A stretch of 64,000 nucleotides of DNA from NCBI RefSeq assembly GCF_006345805.1, contig NC_043014.1, positions 3,906,001 through 3,970,000 on the forward strand. Direction: 5' to 3'. Positions 1-11,914 of the stretch are shown piece by piece (within the stretch, counting starts at the first letter, position 1; the number at the start of each line of letters is the position of its first letter). The notes under the pieces were generated by a model that saw only the letters and a program-made list of their open reading frames with translations, did not search any database and had not been told where the DNA came from. The translations under genes were made by a program, and so were the position numbers. The DNA is from Octopus sinensis. Lineage: Eukaryota.

Positions 1-165
1 AGCAAAACATACAGGTACAGTGTCTCCCATTTGAAACTCAATTCGCAAGTGCACCTTCCGTCTGGACTGCATATGTACGACGGAATTCCATAGTTATGAT
101 TAAATATTCTTCGATGAAGCATATTAGACCCCTCAGATATAGTTTGACCAAATTTAATATATATA

Positions 166-226
<61 letters not shown>

Positions 227-1412
227 CACTCTCGGTTTGGCCCGCGAAATTAGGTTAATTCAAATAAGCTACAAAATAAATCTTCAACAGTATTGTAATT
301 GCGGGTTGCGTATGCAGCTGCGCATGCTCTGTACAGCTTAAACACCTGGCGGTCGTTTTAACTGTCTAATTATGCCGCTCAATCAAAAGATGAATTTGAA
401 GATCTACCAGCGTCCGTATTCTCTGCAATTGTTTACGATTTACAACCAGGAAAATATTTGTAATCTAGAGAAACGAATGCAGATTTACCCATCAGACTAA
501 TAATAGTGGGATAGTAAACATTAATAATCTTTAATCTTTATTGCAGCTTGATGCTGTTAACCGAAACCTTCGTTTATCTGACAAATATTCGACACACTCC
601 AACATACTGTCATGAATCCTATTGGATATAACGTGACGGTCACAACATCTCAGCCTTCTTACACACAGCATCCGTGCTTGCCCTGACTTTATTTGCTCTC
701 TTTACTCTCACTTTTATGGGTGTTGTATTCGTTTCGCATGAAATCTATTCAGCTTCTAGGATCCATCCTTTCTTCGTGTCTGGTATGTTTACGTAGATGA
801 GTGAAAGAAATCGTCGTATTTGATGATCTCTGCTGTCGAAATGAGGCAATTTTTCTGGTTGATTTCATTTCTTATTCTTGTATATCAGCGTTTAGTATAT
901 GATGTGTATGTTGTGTGCATCGAGTTTCATTTTGTATCTTATTTTGAAGAGAGGTGGGAATTTTGTTATATAGATGTAGGTTGGCAGGACCAATACTCAT
1001 TTATACTGTCTTTTGAGGGATTGATCGTGTAAATTCCACATTCTCAGAAAGCTTAAATTGAACATTTTGTGATATTTGTAAAGTAGACGATAAATAGGTT
1101 TTATAAGATATGGGTTTGGAATGGATCGGAAAGCTTTCCTGATTAATAACGGCAAATAGAATGGATTGTGTGGAAGTATCTGGTTGTTGTTGAAAGAATC
1201 AGTTAAGTTCTGTGCTATGCAATGTAGCGGTTCATGGCTCCTTGTCAGAATCCGAGCTGTAATTTGAAAACCAAGATGTCGGAGATAGTAGCGTCGAGTA
1301 TTAGAAATTCTAAGGCTGTGCATGAAAGCTGATATAATTCTATGGTGGTACTTTATTTGGGGTTTGTTGAATCATGAGACAGAAGACAAAATACAGTTAA
1401 ACAAAATAACAT

Positions 1413-1418
1413 TTTATT
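1413..1418 (-). promoter_or_regulatory. AATAAA polyadenylation signal, gene 1
   Basis: About 270 nt after the stop codon; positionally conserved in all five copies. Confidence 0.55.
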
Positions 1419-1686
1419 TCAACGATAAGTTTGATAAACTGAAATCTTACAAAATGTTTTCTAGAATCATTTCGACAGATTTAGATTTTTCTTGTTTTTG
1501 AGGATATTTCTGGCATTCTACGTCGCCTCTTTTGTATTGTTTGAATATCTTCTGTAAACTAGTACAACAGTTTATTGTAACGATAGACATACTTTGAAGT
1601 AAATATTAGGTAAAACAATTAAAATTTTATATTATTTCTTTTAATTCACAGACATATTTTCATATGGAACCGAATTTAATTTCTAT

Positions 1687-2412
1687 TCAATATTTACTGC
1701 ACACAACGCAGGTTAATTCGTGACCATTGACATACGGTGGACATGGCAATGAACCACAAGCAGCCTGAACGAAATATAAAACAGCTCCATTTTCGTCTCT
1801 GTAACCTGCTGGATCAGCTTCTGGTGCATAGTCCACACACACATATTCTAGTCTGCCCTTTTCTTCGTGATTACTGGACATCAAATATCCTGAATACTCA
1901 GCTGTCCAACCAGCGTAACACTCATTCCTGCCTGGTAACATCATAACAACAGCAGGTTGTCGTGTCAAACAGACAGCGCACGGAACGTTGTGATCATGAA
2001 GTGATTTAGCGTTAGCAAAAGAAAAAATAGTATTGGTGTCGTATGACTGTAGTTGATATTCACTGCCATAAATCCAACCCGCATTTTCCCCTTTTGCAGT
2101 ATAATTGGCCCAAATGGGGTCGTTGGGTAGGCATAAGAGATTATTTCCGCCACCTGTCTTGTCAAAATTTTGTCCACCAGCCACACCTTGAATTAGTAAG
2201 AATAAATCAAGTAAAAAAGATATTAGGCAAAATTATATATGAAATAACGGAAACATTCATTACAGTTTGACCCTTAAAAGGAGTCATGTTTAGTCACGTG
2301 TGAACGAATTGTGGTGTATGTGTTAGTGTTTATGTAAGTGTAAGCTGTGTGTTGCTGGATGGGAGTGCGCATGTGTTCGCAGCTGTGCGTTTCTCTTCTC
2401 TTTATATATATA

Positions 2413-2445
<33 letters not shown>

Positions 2446-4208
2446 ACGGTTAAGTAATCGTGGTTGTGATGTGTATTGCATGGGGTACATGTTCGTGTGT
2501 GGATGTCAATAAACGGAGAAAGGAAAGGGATATTGTAACGCATGTGGTCGTGATTTCCCGAAATGGAAAAGATGTCGTTCCCGTTTGAACGGGAAAATTG
2601 TTGGTGATGGGAATTGCATGTGGTTTGAGTAGAACAATACGAGAGACGGTGACATGCAGAGAACTGGTGGGTAAGAGGGGATGAAATACTGTTTAGCCGA
2701 CCATACGGGTGTGTCTGGCTATATCCATCGGTTTGTCTGGGACGAGTCAGGCCTACCACGAGACGGTAATACCACATACTATAATATTATGATCACAGAG
2801 ATTTTATTTCATGCAAAGCATGAACTGAGGTGGAGTGAATTTTGAAGCTCATTGATGGCGTAGTGCTTAAGAAGAATGGACAGCGGAGTGGGCGACCGAT
2901 AAACGATATGTGTAGGGTTTATAGAGAGCAGATTCACAAAGGATGCGAGATTGGTTGGAGAAGATGTGGGAAGCAATAGCTTTGAATTGGATGTGCCGGC
3001 GATACCTTACAAAGATATACTGGACAATTAATGAGGGGAGGTGGTGCATGAAAAGAGAGAGGTTTGAGGAATAGGGCGATATCGGTAAGGCGGAGAAGAT
3101 TAGAAGTGCAATATGTACTCACTTGGGTTCCCTCAGTGGTACTTGGTCCCTCCATATTTGGCATAATACATACGGCCCTTAGTTAGCTTTGTCCATTAGT
3201 TACAGTGTATGGGTTGTCCAGTCCACATTGTACATTCTGCGTTCATTTGATTAACCCTATACATTCGTTCATCAATTGATTGTAGTCTATAACTACAATC
3301 AATAGACACTCTAGTTAATGATAGTCAAGTGGCCACTTTTCAGTTCTGGTCACTCACGTATAATACCACCATCCGTATCCAGTACACTTGATCACCAGTT
3401 AGCAGCCTCGGTATTTGATATCTACACTCCATACAAGTCAGCCAGGAGTCCTTGATCGCTGTACTGGATTCCAGTCTAGTCCCTATCTATAATTATACGT
3501 AGAGATATCTATATTCTGAGGTTAGACAACATCATTTTCACCTGGTCCGAAGTAGACAACATTTAAATTCTGATTTGACCAAATACCTACAAAGAAGTAA
3601 GCAGTCTTGTGCAGTCTCAACAGGGTCTATAGGTATCGTTTGAAACGTGATATATCACATGATTTGCTTGAGTGTGCGTGCGTGCGTGTCCGTGTGAGAA
3701 ACGGAAAGAGAGGGGGCGACAGAAAGAGAAAATGAGAGGAATAAAAAGAGAAGAAGAGAAAGATAAAGAGAGAAAGAGTGAACAGAAGTATAGTTTATAC
3801 TAACCGTCATATACAAGGTTTGAATAAGGAGGACAACTTGTTCTGCCCCACCGGGTATACAATGATCCGAGACCGGGTTCTGTGAAATTTAAAATGAAAT
3901 AATTTAGTTTAAAATAAAGAATTCTTGAATCCTATACAAAGGAAGTTGTTGGCTTGGAAGGAATTGATAGAGAGGAGATACATTTAGAATTTAAGAGAGA
4001 AAGAATGAGTGAATGAATGAAAATCAGAATGAAAGAAGTAAATGATTCGCTAAGAATAAATTTTAAACGAAGAAAATTAGTCATTTGTCTATTGAGCCTG
4101 TTGTTGACGTTGATGTCAACGAATTGAGAGATTAATCTCAGAATATCAGAATGTGTATTTGTCTCCCTTAAAAACGGATGTTTGTTTTGTAGTTGAACTT
4201 GGATGTGA

Positions 4209-4244
<36 letters not shown>

Positions 4245-4664
4245 TTACTCTTTTTTTCTTTTACTCTTTTATTTGTTTCAGTCATTTGACTGCGGCCATG
4301 CTGGAGCACCGCCTTTAGTCGAGCAAATCGACCCCGGGACTTATTCTTTGTAAGCCCAGTACTTATTCTATCGGTCTCTTTTGCCGAACCGCTAAGTGAC
4401 GGGGACGTAAACACACCAGCATCAGTTGTCAAGCAATGCTAGGGGGACAAACACAGACACACAAACACACACACATACATATACATATATATACATATTA
4501 ATACGACATGCTTCTTTCAGTTTCCGTCTACCAAATCCACTCACAAGGCATTGGTCGGCCCGGGGCTATAGTAGAAGACACTTGCCCAAGGTGCCACGCA
4601 GTGGGACTGAACCCGGAACCATGTGGTTGGTTAGCAAGCTACTTACCACACAGCCACTCCTGCG

Positions 4665-4712
<48 letters not shown>

Positions 4713-7700
4713 ATATAAATATACATATATATATACATTTATATATATTTGTGACAATAAAAATGATTAAGTCCTTCTTTTATAGATATGTTGGCAATAT
4801 TATCAATTCTTGGCACCTGATTTGCCATTTACGAATATCAGCTTGGTGTTTGGCGCGAAGAGAGTCCGTTTCCTTCCAGAAGACTAGTATGGCCACCCCA
4901 ATTATGTGTGTGGGGCGATTCCACCCAATCAATACTTCTTGCGGTTATCAGCGTCAAAGTGTGCACGGAAGTCTCCTTGTAAGACAAATGACTTTACCCC
5001 AAATATATCCAAAGCTGCAGTGACTTTGTTAAGGAAGCATTTGTATTTGCCCTCGCTATTGGGTGCATTTACTTCCAACAGCTACACCACTCCTTCATTC
5101 ATAGCGCTTTGTATCGTCCGGTTTTGACAGTCTAATTCTCAATTATGAACGGTTGATCCCATCTGGACCTGCTTCGGTGTTTGGAAGACGCATATTTTGT
5201 ATTCCGTCCCCATTCATCTCAGATTGAGTTGGGTGGAGACTGCAATATATTTCCCGAATCGTCTCCTCCAATCAAGATCCGGGGGCAACTGCTTTTATCC
5301 CACTCGATGGATGACGCGGTATGGCTATTTCTTCGAGCCCTTAGCGTTCTGTAAGTATATGCAGCAAACAGCGATGTCAAATACAAATCCTTCCTAAGCA
5401 AATTCACCTCAGCTTTAGATATATTTGGGGTAAAGTCATTTGTCCTGCAAGGAGACTTCAGTGCACACCTTGGCACTGATAACCGTGAGAAGGATTGATT
5501 GGAAGGAATGTCGTCAGTGAACTTAATGGAGAGGTCATAGCAGCCTTCATTGCAGGATACACACTCTCCTCTCTATGGTATAGATATTCTTTTAAGACAG
5601 GGATATTTATAAGGGTGCCTGATTTAGAAATACTTGGTGACAGAGGTTTCTGATAGATTTCGGTCATCTTTCACTCTTTGCTGAACGTTCGGGTAAAAGG
5701 AAGGGTGGAGTTGTCAACTCGTCACTACCTAAATGTCTAAAAACCTGAAAATTCCTACAGTCTGCAGAACACTGGAAATTGGTAAGTCTAGTGCGACCTA
5801 CAGAATACAGTTGGAAGCCGCAGTGGATGCTGGAATCAGAAACGAAAATGTGGAGACATTTGCATCCAAATTGAGAGTGACCCGCCTGAATGAAGTTGGA
5901 CCTCGAAATGGATTCGTGATTGTATTATGTTTTTCGGCAGGTTCTTCTTCGTTTGAAGGCTTATTTGAGCTAAACTCACTTAAAAGTGATAAAGCTGCTG
6001 GTGAAAAGCACGTTCGGCTTGATATTTTCGAAACTTTAAATACAGATGGTATTCTCTGAGTGACCCATGTATGCTAGGTGGATGAGACCTCTGGAAAAAA
6101 CACCAAGGCAATGGTAATATGGGGTGACAATCATAATCTTTTCAAATTGAGACCAAAGAGTGTATTCTAATTATAGAAAATCTACACTAAATGTCAGGAA
6201 TAGATATGTAGGGAAATTGTCGCGCCCAAGATTACCGTCTTGGACGAAGTACACCCGACCAGAGATTCGTTCAAGACTGATCTTCCAGCCAACATTGAAT
6301 TATTTCCAAGGTTTATACGCTGTAAACCACGGAAAGGCTCAAGATCACGTGCCCTGGGGCATGTTGCGGATGGTTTACCAGGAGGGTGAGTTTAATGGGT
6401 ATATACTGGTTGCCATAAAATACTTATATGGATGTTCAAATGATTGTATTTATGGGCTTGGTACAATTATCGACGTAGCACTGCATGTATACTCATATAC
6501 ACACAATAAAAGGCATATAAGTATATAAGAATAACATTTTATTTAGGAAATTATTGTAAAGTAGAACATAGTTTAAAATAAATTCAGGCAAGTGTCTTAG
6601 TATATATTATTGTGGACATATGGATAGTAATGTGGAACTAATTCAAAGTTGGTGAAATTATAAATCATTAGTTAATGAGTCACGGGTAAAAGACTTTAGC
6701 CATAAAATTAGTTCTTACTTGGTGTGTCATCAGGTTTATCGTCGAGAGATTTCTTGGAGATGAAACGGTTCTTTGAAAAAATAGAAATAGCATCATATAA
6801 ATAGAACTTCAGGATATTTATTATCGTTTCGAACTTAAAACAATGCAATAGATAACAACATATTCGGACAGGTATCATTGCCAACACAACCATGTCAACC
6901 CCTTAGGAATCTTCTAGAAGGCGCTTCAATTCAGTCAAACGACTTCTTGAACAATATCAGACAATACAACTCTGCATTTCAAATGACATCGTTTGGTGAA
7001 TCTAAGAAGATAGATAAACATGAATTTACGCCCACGTCAAAGTTCAAGGGCAATATATGCCTACACGCGCACACACACAAATGAACAACCACAGTTCCTC
7101 CAAATTTACTCTATGAGTGATGTAGGACAACAAACCCGACGTGAAGTGTCAAAATTTCCGATGATGGGCCGTGTTAGACACAGCGCACACTGCTGCAAAG
7201 GAGAGTATATCCACTGACAGCATTTCGGTGCGTTCAAAAATCACACAAACCCCACCTCCAATTTAGCATGACAGGTTAGGGCCTGAAACACTCCAAACGG
7301 ACGCATAGCATGTTGCTTAGTCGAGTTAGCCCAGCATTTACTCAACAAATGTTTTGTTGTCAATGTTGCACTTTCCCATATCACCTGTTTCAAAATGACT
7401 GGAATATATTATATACCATCTTTGCCATTTGAATCCCCAGCAATACCGGGTATGTCTTCAAGTACACACACACACACGCACACATACACACACACACACA
7501 CATATACACACACATATTTCTACACATATATATATATATATACACTCACACATGTATATATATAGTTAAATTTAATCTAAACAAGAAAGCACTAAAAACA
7601 CAACAATGCGAGGACGTGGAACAAATATAGTAATATTTGACGCTTAGGAAAGAAGGGAAGGAGGAGGGTTTAACGTTTCGAGCAGAGCTCTTCGTCGGAA

Positions 7701-9240
7701 ACATACGAGGAGGGAAGACAGAGGAAAAAAAATCGCCAACGGTACACACGCCGTCACATTTTGAATGACCGGAAGAAAATTGGGGAAGAAAAGTTCTTTC
7801 AAAGACAGGAGAGTGGTAGAGGATGAGGAATGTGTGTGTAAGTATGGATAAGAGCGTGATCGTAGGTCTGCATGTCCGTGTGTGTGTATGTGCGTATGTG
7901 TGCAATGATGACACGTGTGTGTGTGTGTGTGTGCATGTGTGTGTGTATGTGTGTGTGGTTGTGGCTGTTAAACTTTGCGTGTTGTAGGGTTAGTAGTGTT
8001 AAGATCAAGGGAGAAGGAATTGGGCGTGGCTCCTTTTGTCTCTACCCCAGGTCAAGTAGTAGGTACCGCTAGTGTGAAGTATGTGTGTGTGTGCGTGTAT
8101 GTATATGTATCGTGTGTGTGTTTTGTTTGTAGTGTGTGTGTATGTATGTGTGTGTTCGTGTGTGTAGGCGTAGAGTTAGGGTGTTTGGCGAATAACTATG
8201 CTTTACTTTCTGTATGTGTGCGTGTGTGTATGTGTGCAATGATGACACATGTGTGTTTGTGTGTGTGTATGCGTAGAGTTTGGGTGTGTGGCGAATAACT
8301 GTGCGTTTGTGTGTATACATGTATGTATAATTGTGTGCGTGTTTGTATATTTGTGTGCCGTGTGTATGGGATGTATGTGTGGGTTCATTTATGTGTATGT
8401 ATGTATGTGCATGCGTCTCACATGTTCATGTAGCTGTGTGTGCGCGTACACGTGCGTTTGTATGTGTGTGAGTAAGCGTATATAGGTGTATATACCTGTA
8501 TCCGTGGATGTGAGTTTTCGGTGTGTGCATTCGTGTGTGTGTGTGTGTGCGCATGTTTTTGCGTGCGTGTGTGTGTGTCTGTGTCTATATGTGTATACGG
8601 ATGTGTATGTGTGTGTGCGCGTGTAGGCATATATTGCGTGTATGTATATGTATCGGTGTGTATGTGTGTGTATGCGTAGAGTTTGTGTGGTGAGTAACTG
8701 TGCGTTTGTGTGTATACATATATATGCATGCGTGTGTGTAGGGTTTTTTTTGAAGTTGTGTGGGCGTAATGTGCGTGCGTGTGCTTGTGTGCGTGTGTGC
8801 GCTAAAGTACGTGTATGTGCGTGTGTGTCTGTGCCCATGTGTGTATAAGTGTGTGCGTATCTGTATGAGTATTGTTCGTTAAAGGTATATGTGGACATCT
8901 GTGCTGGTGTGTGTGTATGTACGTGTGTATGTATGTGTGTGTGTATTGTGTGCATATGATACATATATCTCCGTGATCACCGTTACAGAGTAGGCTATCA
9001 GTTGTTGCTACATATCGCTGGTCACAATGCGCTTCGCATTGTTTTAACCTTCAAATGACGCCACCCTGCTGGCTAAGCGAGCGGGCCAACAGAAGAAAGA
9101 GTGATCACAACAACCCAACTCACTGAGCTTCGTGCAGCATTAAACACTCACAACGCCCAGTCTGGGAATCGAAACCGCGATCCGGCAACCATGAGACCGC
9201 TGCCCTAACCCTTGGGCCACTGCGCCTCCACACAGACATA

Positions 9241-9336
<96 letters not shown>

Positions 9337-9470
9337 GGTCCCGGGTTGAGTCGGGGTTAACCACAGTAAATAAGGTACTCAATACACAGCAGAGTAAATT
9401 AATTTATTTTATAGAAGGAGCTTCTACAGGACTAGAACTGTTTCATTCAAAAGAAATCATCAGGAAGCTC

Positions 9471-9509
<39 letters not shown>

Positions 9510-10390
9510 AATACATATCAATATATAGGTATACACGTAAATATCACAAATATACGTATCTACTTATACGCATACACACACACAAACGCACACATATATG
9601 TGAGTGGACATACACTGTATAGTGTGATTGTTCGTGTACAATTGAGCACGTGTGTCTGTGTGCGTGCGTATGTGTGTGTGTTTGTGTTTATTTGTGCGGG
9701 TGTTTGTCCGTGTGTCTGTGTGTATGTATTTACATTCGTTCTTACATATTGTCATATATAAAAACCAACGTGAATTACAGTCAAACATTACGAATTCACC
9801 GATCTACATTGGCACTCGCACGTTTTATTTTCAGTTGGAAAGAAAAGATTAAAAAAAACTCGCCTCACTTCCGTTCCTGATGGAGAGAAATAGATAAATG
9901 TGTGTAAATATGTACGTATTCCTATGTGTGCGTGTGTGTGTGTTTGTATGTGTCTGTTTCTGTGCGTGTGTGTAAGTGTACATCTAGATATAATACTTAA
10001 CACTAATATTAATAGGGCTAAACGTTGCAGCGACAGGGCATGGCCATGCTAGAACCCCACCGTTAAATTTTTTCCGTTACGCACTTATTTCCCTCTCCAG
10101 GATTAAGTCTGGTGAAAGAGCGATCGGACAGGAGTACAATTACACCCTTCTTTGTGTTTACTTGGGATGTGTGTATATGTATGTATATATAGATATATAT
10201 ATATGCAAAAAAAGAAAATGGAGAAACGTATCTAAATCAATCATCAACCATCAGATAATACCCAATCAATACTTTATTAAACCATTACATAACAGCAATG
10301 ACATTATACATAATATATTGCAAATATAACTAGACATGGAAATAGAAATAGAATATACGATTACATCATATCTGACAGATATATATATAT

Positions 10391-10446
<56 letters not shown>

Positions 10447-10455
10447 TAGATATAC

Positions 10456-10530
<75 letters not shown>

Positions 10531-10894
10531 TATAGATAGATAGATAGATATGTCTGTACATACATACGTAACTATATATGTGTGTATGTATATATGATAT
10601 GTATATATATATATATATTGATTTGTGTGTGTGCGTGTGTGTGTGTATACCACACATAGTGTGTATGTATCTATGTTTTATGTATGTGTCTGTTATTGTC
10701 GCACCGCTATCGATTCTCAACTGATGTCGGTGTGTTTACGTCCCCGTTACATAGCCGATCGTCTAGAGATACCGATAGAATGAGCAATAGGCTTACAAGG
10801 AATAATTCCTGAATTCGATTTGTTCTACTGAACGCAGTGCCCTAGCATGGCCGCAGTCAAATGACTGAAACGGTTAAATGAATATATTTATATA

Positions 10895-10930
<36 letters not shown>

Positions 10931-11502
10931 TATATATAGATAAATAGAGAGAGAGAGGGATAGACAGAGAGATACAGTGATAGATACACACACGCATGTA
11001 TTTGTTTGTATATATATATCCATATATGTTCAGGCACTAATATATTCATATATATGTATATTTATATATACATATATATGTATGTTATATATACAATTAT
11101 ACGTATATGTATATATATGTATATTTAGGTGTGTGCGCCTGTGTGTTCGTGTGTGATTACGTGTGTGATCTTATGTGTGTGTGTGTGCTCCATAGGAACA
11201 TATGTACATGGTTCATGCATACATCCTTACATCCATCCATCCATCGGTACATACATACATCCACATATTAATACATACATACGTAAATGCATACATACAT
11301 ACATGCATATATAAATACATAAAGACATACATATATTAACACAAAATCCATGACTTACCGTTTTCGATTTCTCTTCCATTTTTCCTATTCTTGAATCTTG
11401 ATGAAGAATCACGATCGTCAGAACGAGAAGAACCCCAAAAGCTATGAGAGAAGAAATGGAATAACGCTGCGAAATATTCCTGGACAGTTGTGCGAAATCC
11501 AT
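1687..11502 (-). CDS. Gene 1: type II membrane 'short-chain collagen C4'-like (collagen IV NC1-like domain) protein, 256 aa; exons complement(join(1687..2186,3805..3879,6719..6770,11359..11502))
   Basis: Exons of 144+52+75+500 = 771 nt with canonical AG/GT ends (ACG|gtaagt, tttcaaag|AAC, CAA|gtaaga, tttcacag|AA, GACG|gttagt, ttcaag|GT) and phases 0,1,1 give one open frame: [100 protein letters not shown]. These are hallmark motifs of the family. The same exons recur in each repeat unit. Confidence 0.9.
2450..3170 (-). mobile_element. Decayed Penelope-like reverse transcriptase fragment in intron 3 (homologous copies about 19850-20330, 34340-35070, 50650-51110)
   Basis: Broken frames give [16 protein letters not shown] / LCRLTEIVLSLKPCSF, resembling the LLRLAELVLTLN.FSF segment of Penelope-like RTs. 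Many stops; boundaries approximate. Confidence 0.4.
4243..4667 (-). mobile_element. Full-length tRNA-derived SINE (CORE-like central domain, internal microsatellite, AAGAGTAA-type tail)
   Basis: Head GGCGCAGGAGTGGCTGTGTGGTAAG..GGTTCAGTCCC with pol III A/B-box-like motifs, CCTTGGGCAAG core and 3' GCATGGCCGCAGTCAAATGACTGAAAC end. Orthologous copy at 36190-36611. Confidence 0.8.
4820..6450. mobile_element. Decayed RTE-clade LINE fragments (inverted endonuclease piece plus + strand APE/RT remnants), intron 2 of gene 1
   Basis: Remnants [22 protein letters not shown] (APE), [30 protein letters not shown]. Many stops and frameshifts; boundaries approximate. Confidence 0.7.
6880..7130 (+). mobile_element. 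Helitron Rep-helicase N-terminal fragment (copies about 23800-24045, 39430-39675, 54015-54260)
   Basis: [28 protein letters not shown] followed, after a frameshift, by KVQGQVYPLIGSLVPANEQP.FLQIY in gene 2. This is the characteristic Helitron N-terminal motif series. Confidence 0.8.
7830..8960. repeat. Cryptic (GT)-rich low-complexity tract in intron 1 (homologs about 24840-25555, 40435-41430, 55010-55935)
   Basis: Directly visible interrupted GT/GTAT/GC repeats. Confidence 0.85.
8968..9230 (-). mobile_element. Second tRNA-derived SINE family in intron 1 (copies about 25627-25917, 41441-41731, 55941-56178)
   Basis: Head GGAGGCGCAGTGGCCC..GGTTAGGGCAGCGG..GGTTTCGATTCCC (A/B boxes); same position in four paralogs. 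Confidence 0.75.
9417..9471 (-). ncRNA. Type I hammerhead ribozyme motif inside a ~140-bp Penelope-like insertion (9334-9474)
   Basis: Minus strand: ggagcttc-CUGAUGA-u uuc uuuu gaa u-GAA-ACAG uucuaguc CUGU-A-gaagcucc. 8-bp stem I, 4-bp stem III, GUA cleavage triplet, weak stem II. Confidence 0.7.
10440..10550. repeat. (GATA)n microsatellite adjoining (AT)n (also 28275-28370, 57085-57195)
   Basis: Directly visible. Confidence 0.9.
10715..10885 (+). mobile_element. Older SINE 3' half in intron 1 (copies about 28530-28700, 43480-43640, 57375-57535)
   Basis: Diverged match to the 3' part of the 4243-4667 SINE (gtgtttacgtcccc..gcatggccgcagtcaaatgactgaaac). Confidence 0.7.
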
Positions 11503-11914
11503 TCTGGTGACAGTTGTCGGCCGTACGTGATACTTCGTGTGGCTTCAACAAAAGATCGAGATGCGAGGTTTAAGCTGAAGACCTGTAACTGAATTCCACG
11601 TATTTATTGAGCGCACAACAACCCAGCTCTGGCATAGATCTTATCGTAAATTTATGAACCAATGCGATTGGTGGAACTGTAAAAGCGGGTGTGAACTTAT
11701 CTGACAGGTTTAATTATTGGAAAGAGATGGTTTGATGTTGTCACACAATAATTAGCAAAATATTCTGATGAATGAGAGACACGTGTAAGGTGAAATGATT
11801 CCTCTGTCTGGATATATTATGATATATTTATTTACTAATGTTGTTATTTAATTTTATTTGTTATTATTGGGAAGCTGTTTTAATATTCAGTGTGGGAAGT
11901 ATTTCGTTCAACCG

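Noticed and set aside
820-1323. ORFs MMISAVEMRQ.. and MHSLRISN.. recurring in four units
   Set aside because: Recurrence reflects segmental duplication. They are short, have no recognisable domain, and one is disrupted in the gene 3 unit; more likely decayed repeat sequence.
1737-2186. Overlapping alternative-frame and antisense ORFs on exon 4 in every copy
   Set aside because: Shadows of the conserved coding exon; no independent evidence.
4600-4667. tRNA-like sequences (also about 9160-9230 and copies)
   Set aside because: Heads of SINEs continuing into CORE and tail domains; no complete cloverleaf.
3805-6770. Collagen triple-helix exons expected from the family name
   Set aside because: No Gly-X-Y run found in any intron on the minus strand; only KPGLG/KPGPG remains.
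9788-9880. Cys-containing [11 protein letters not shown] segment that looked like an extra exon in intron 1
   Set aside because: The candidate AG acceptor is absent in genes 2 and 3 (catcgg), gene 3 has a 1-nt indel, and the phase is incompatible with exons 1 and 2, which already join in frame.
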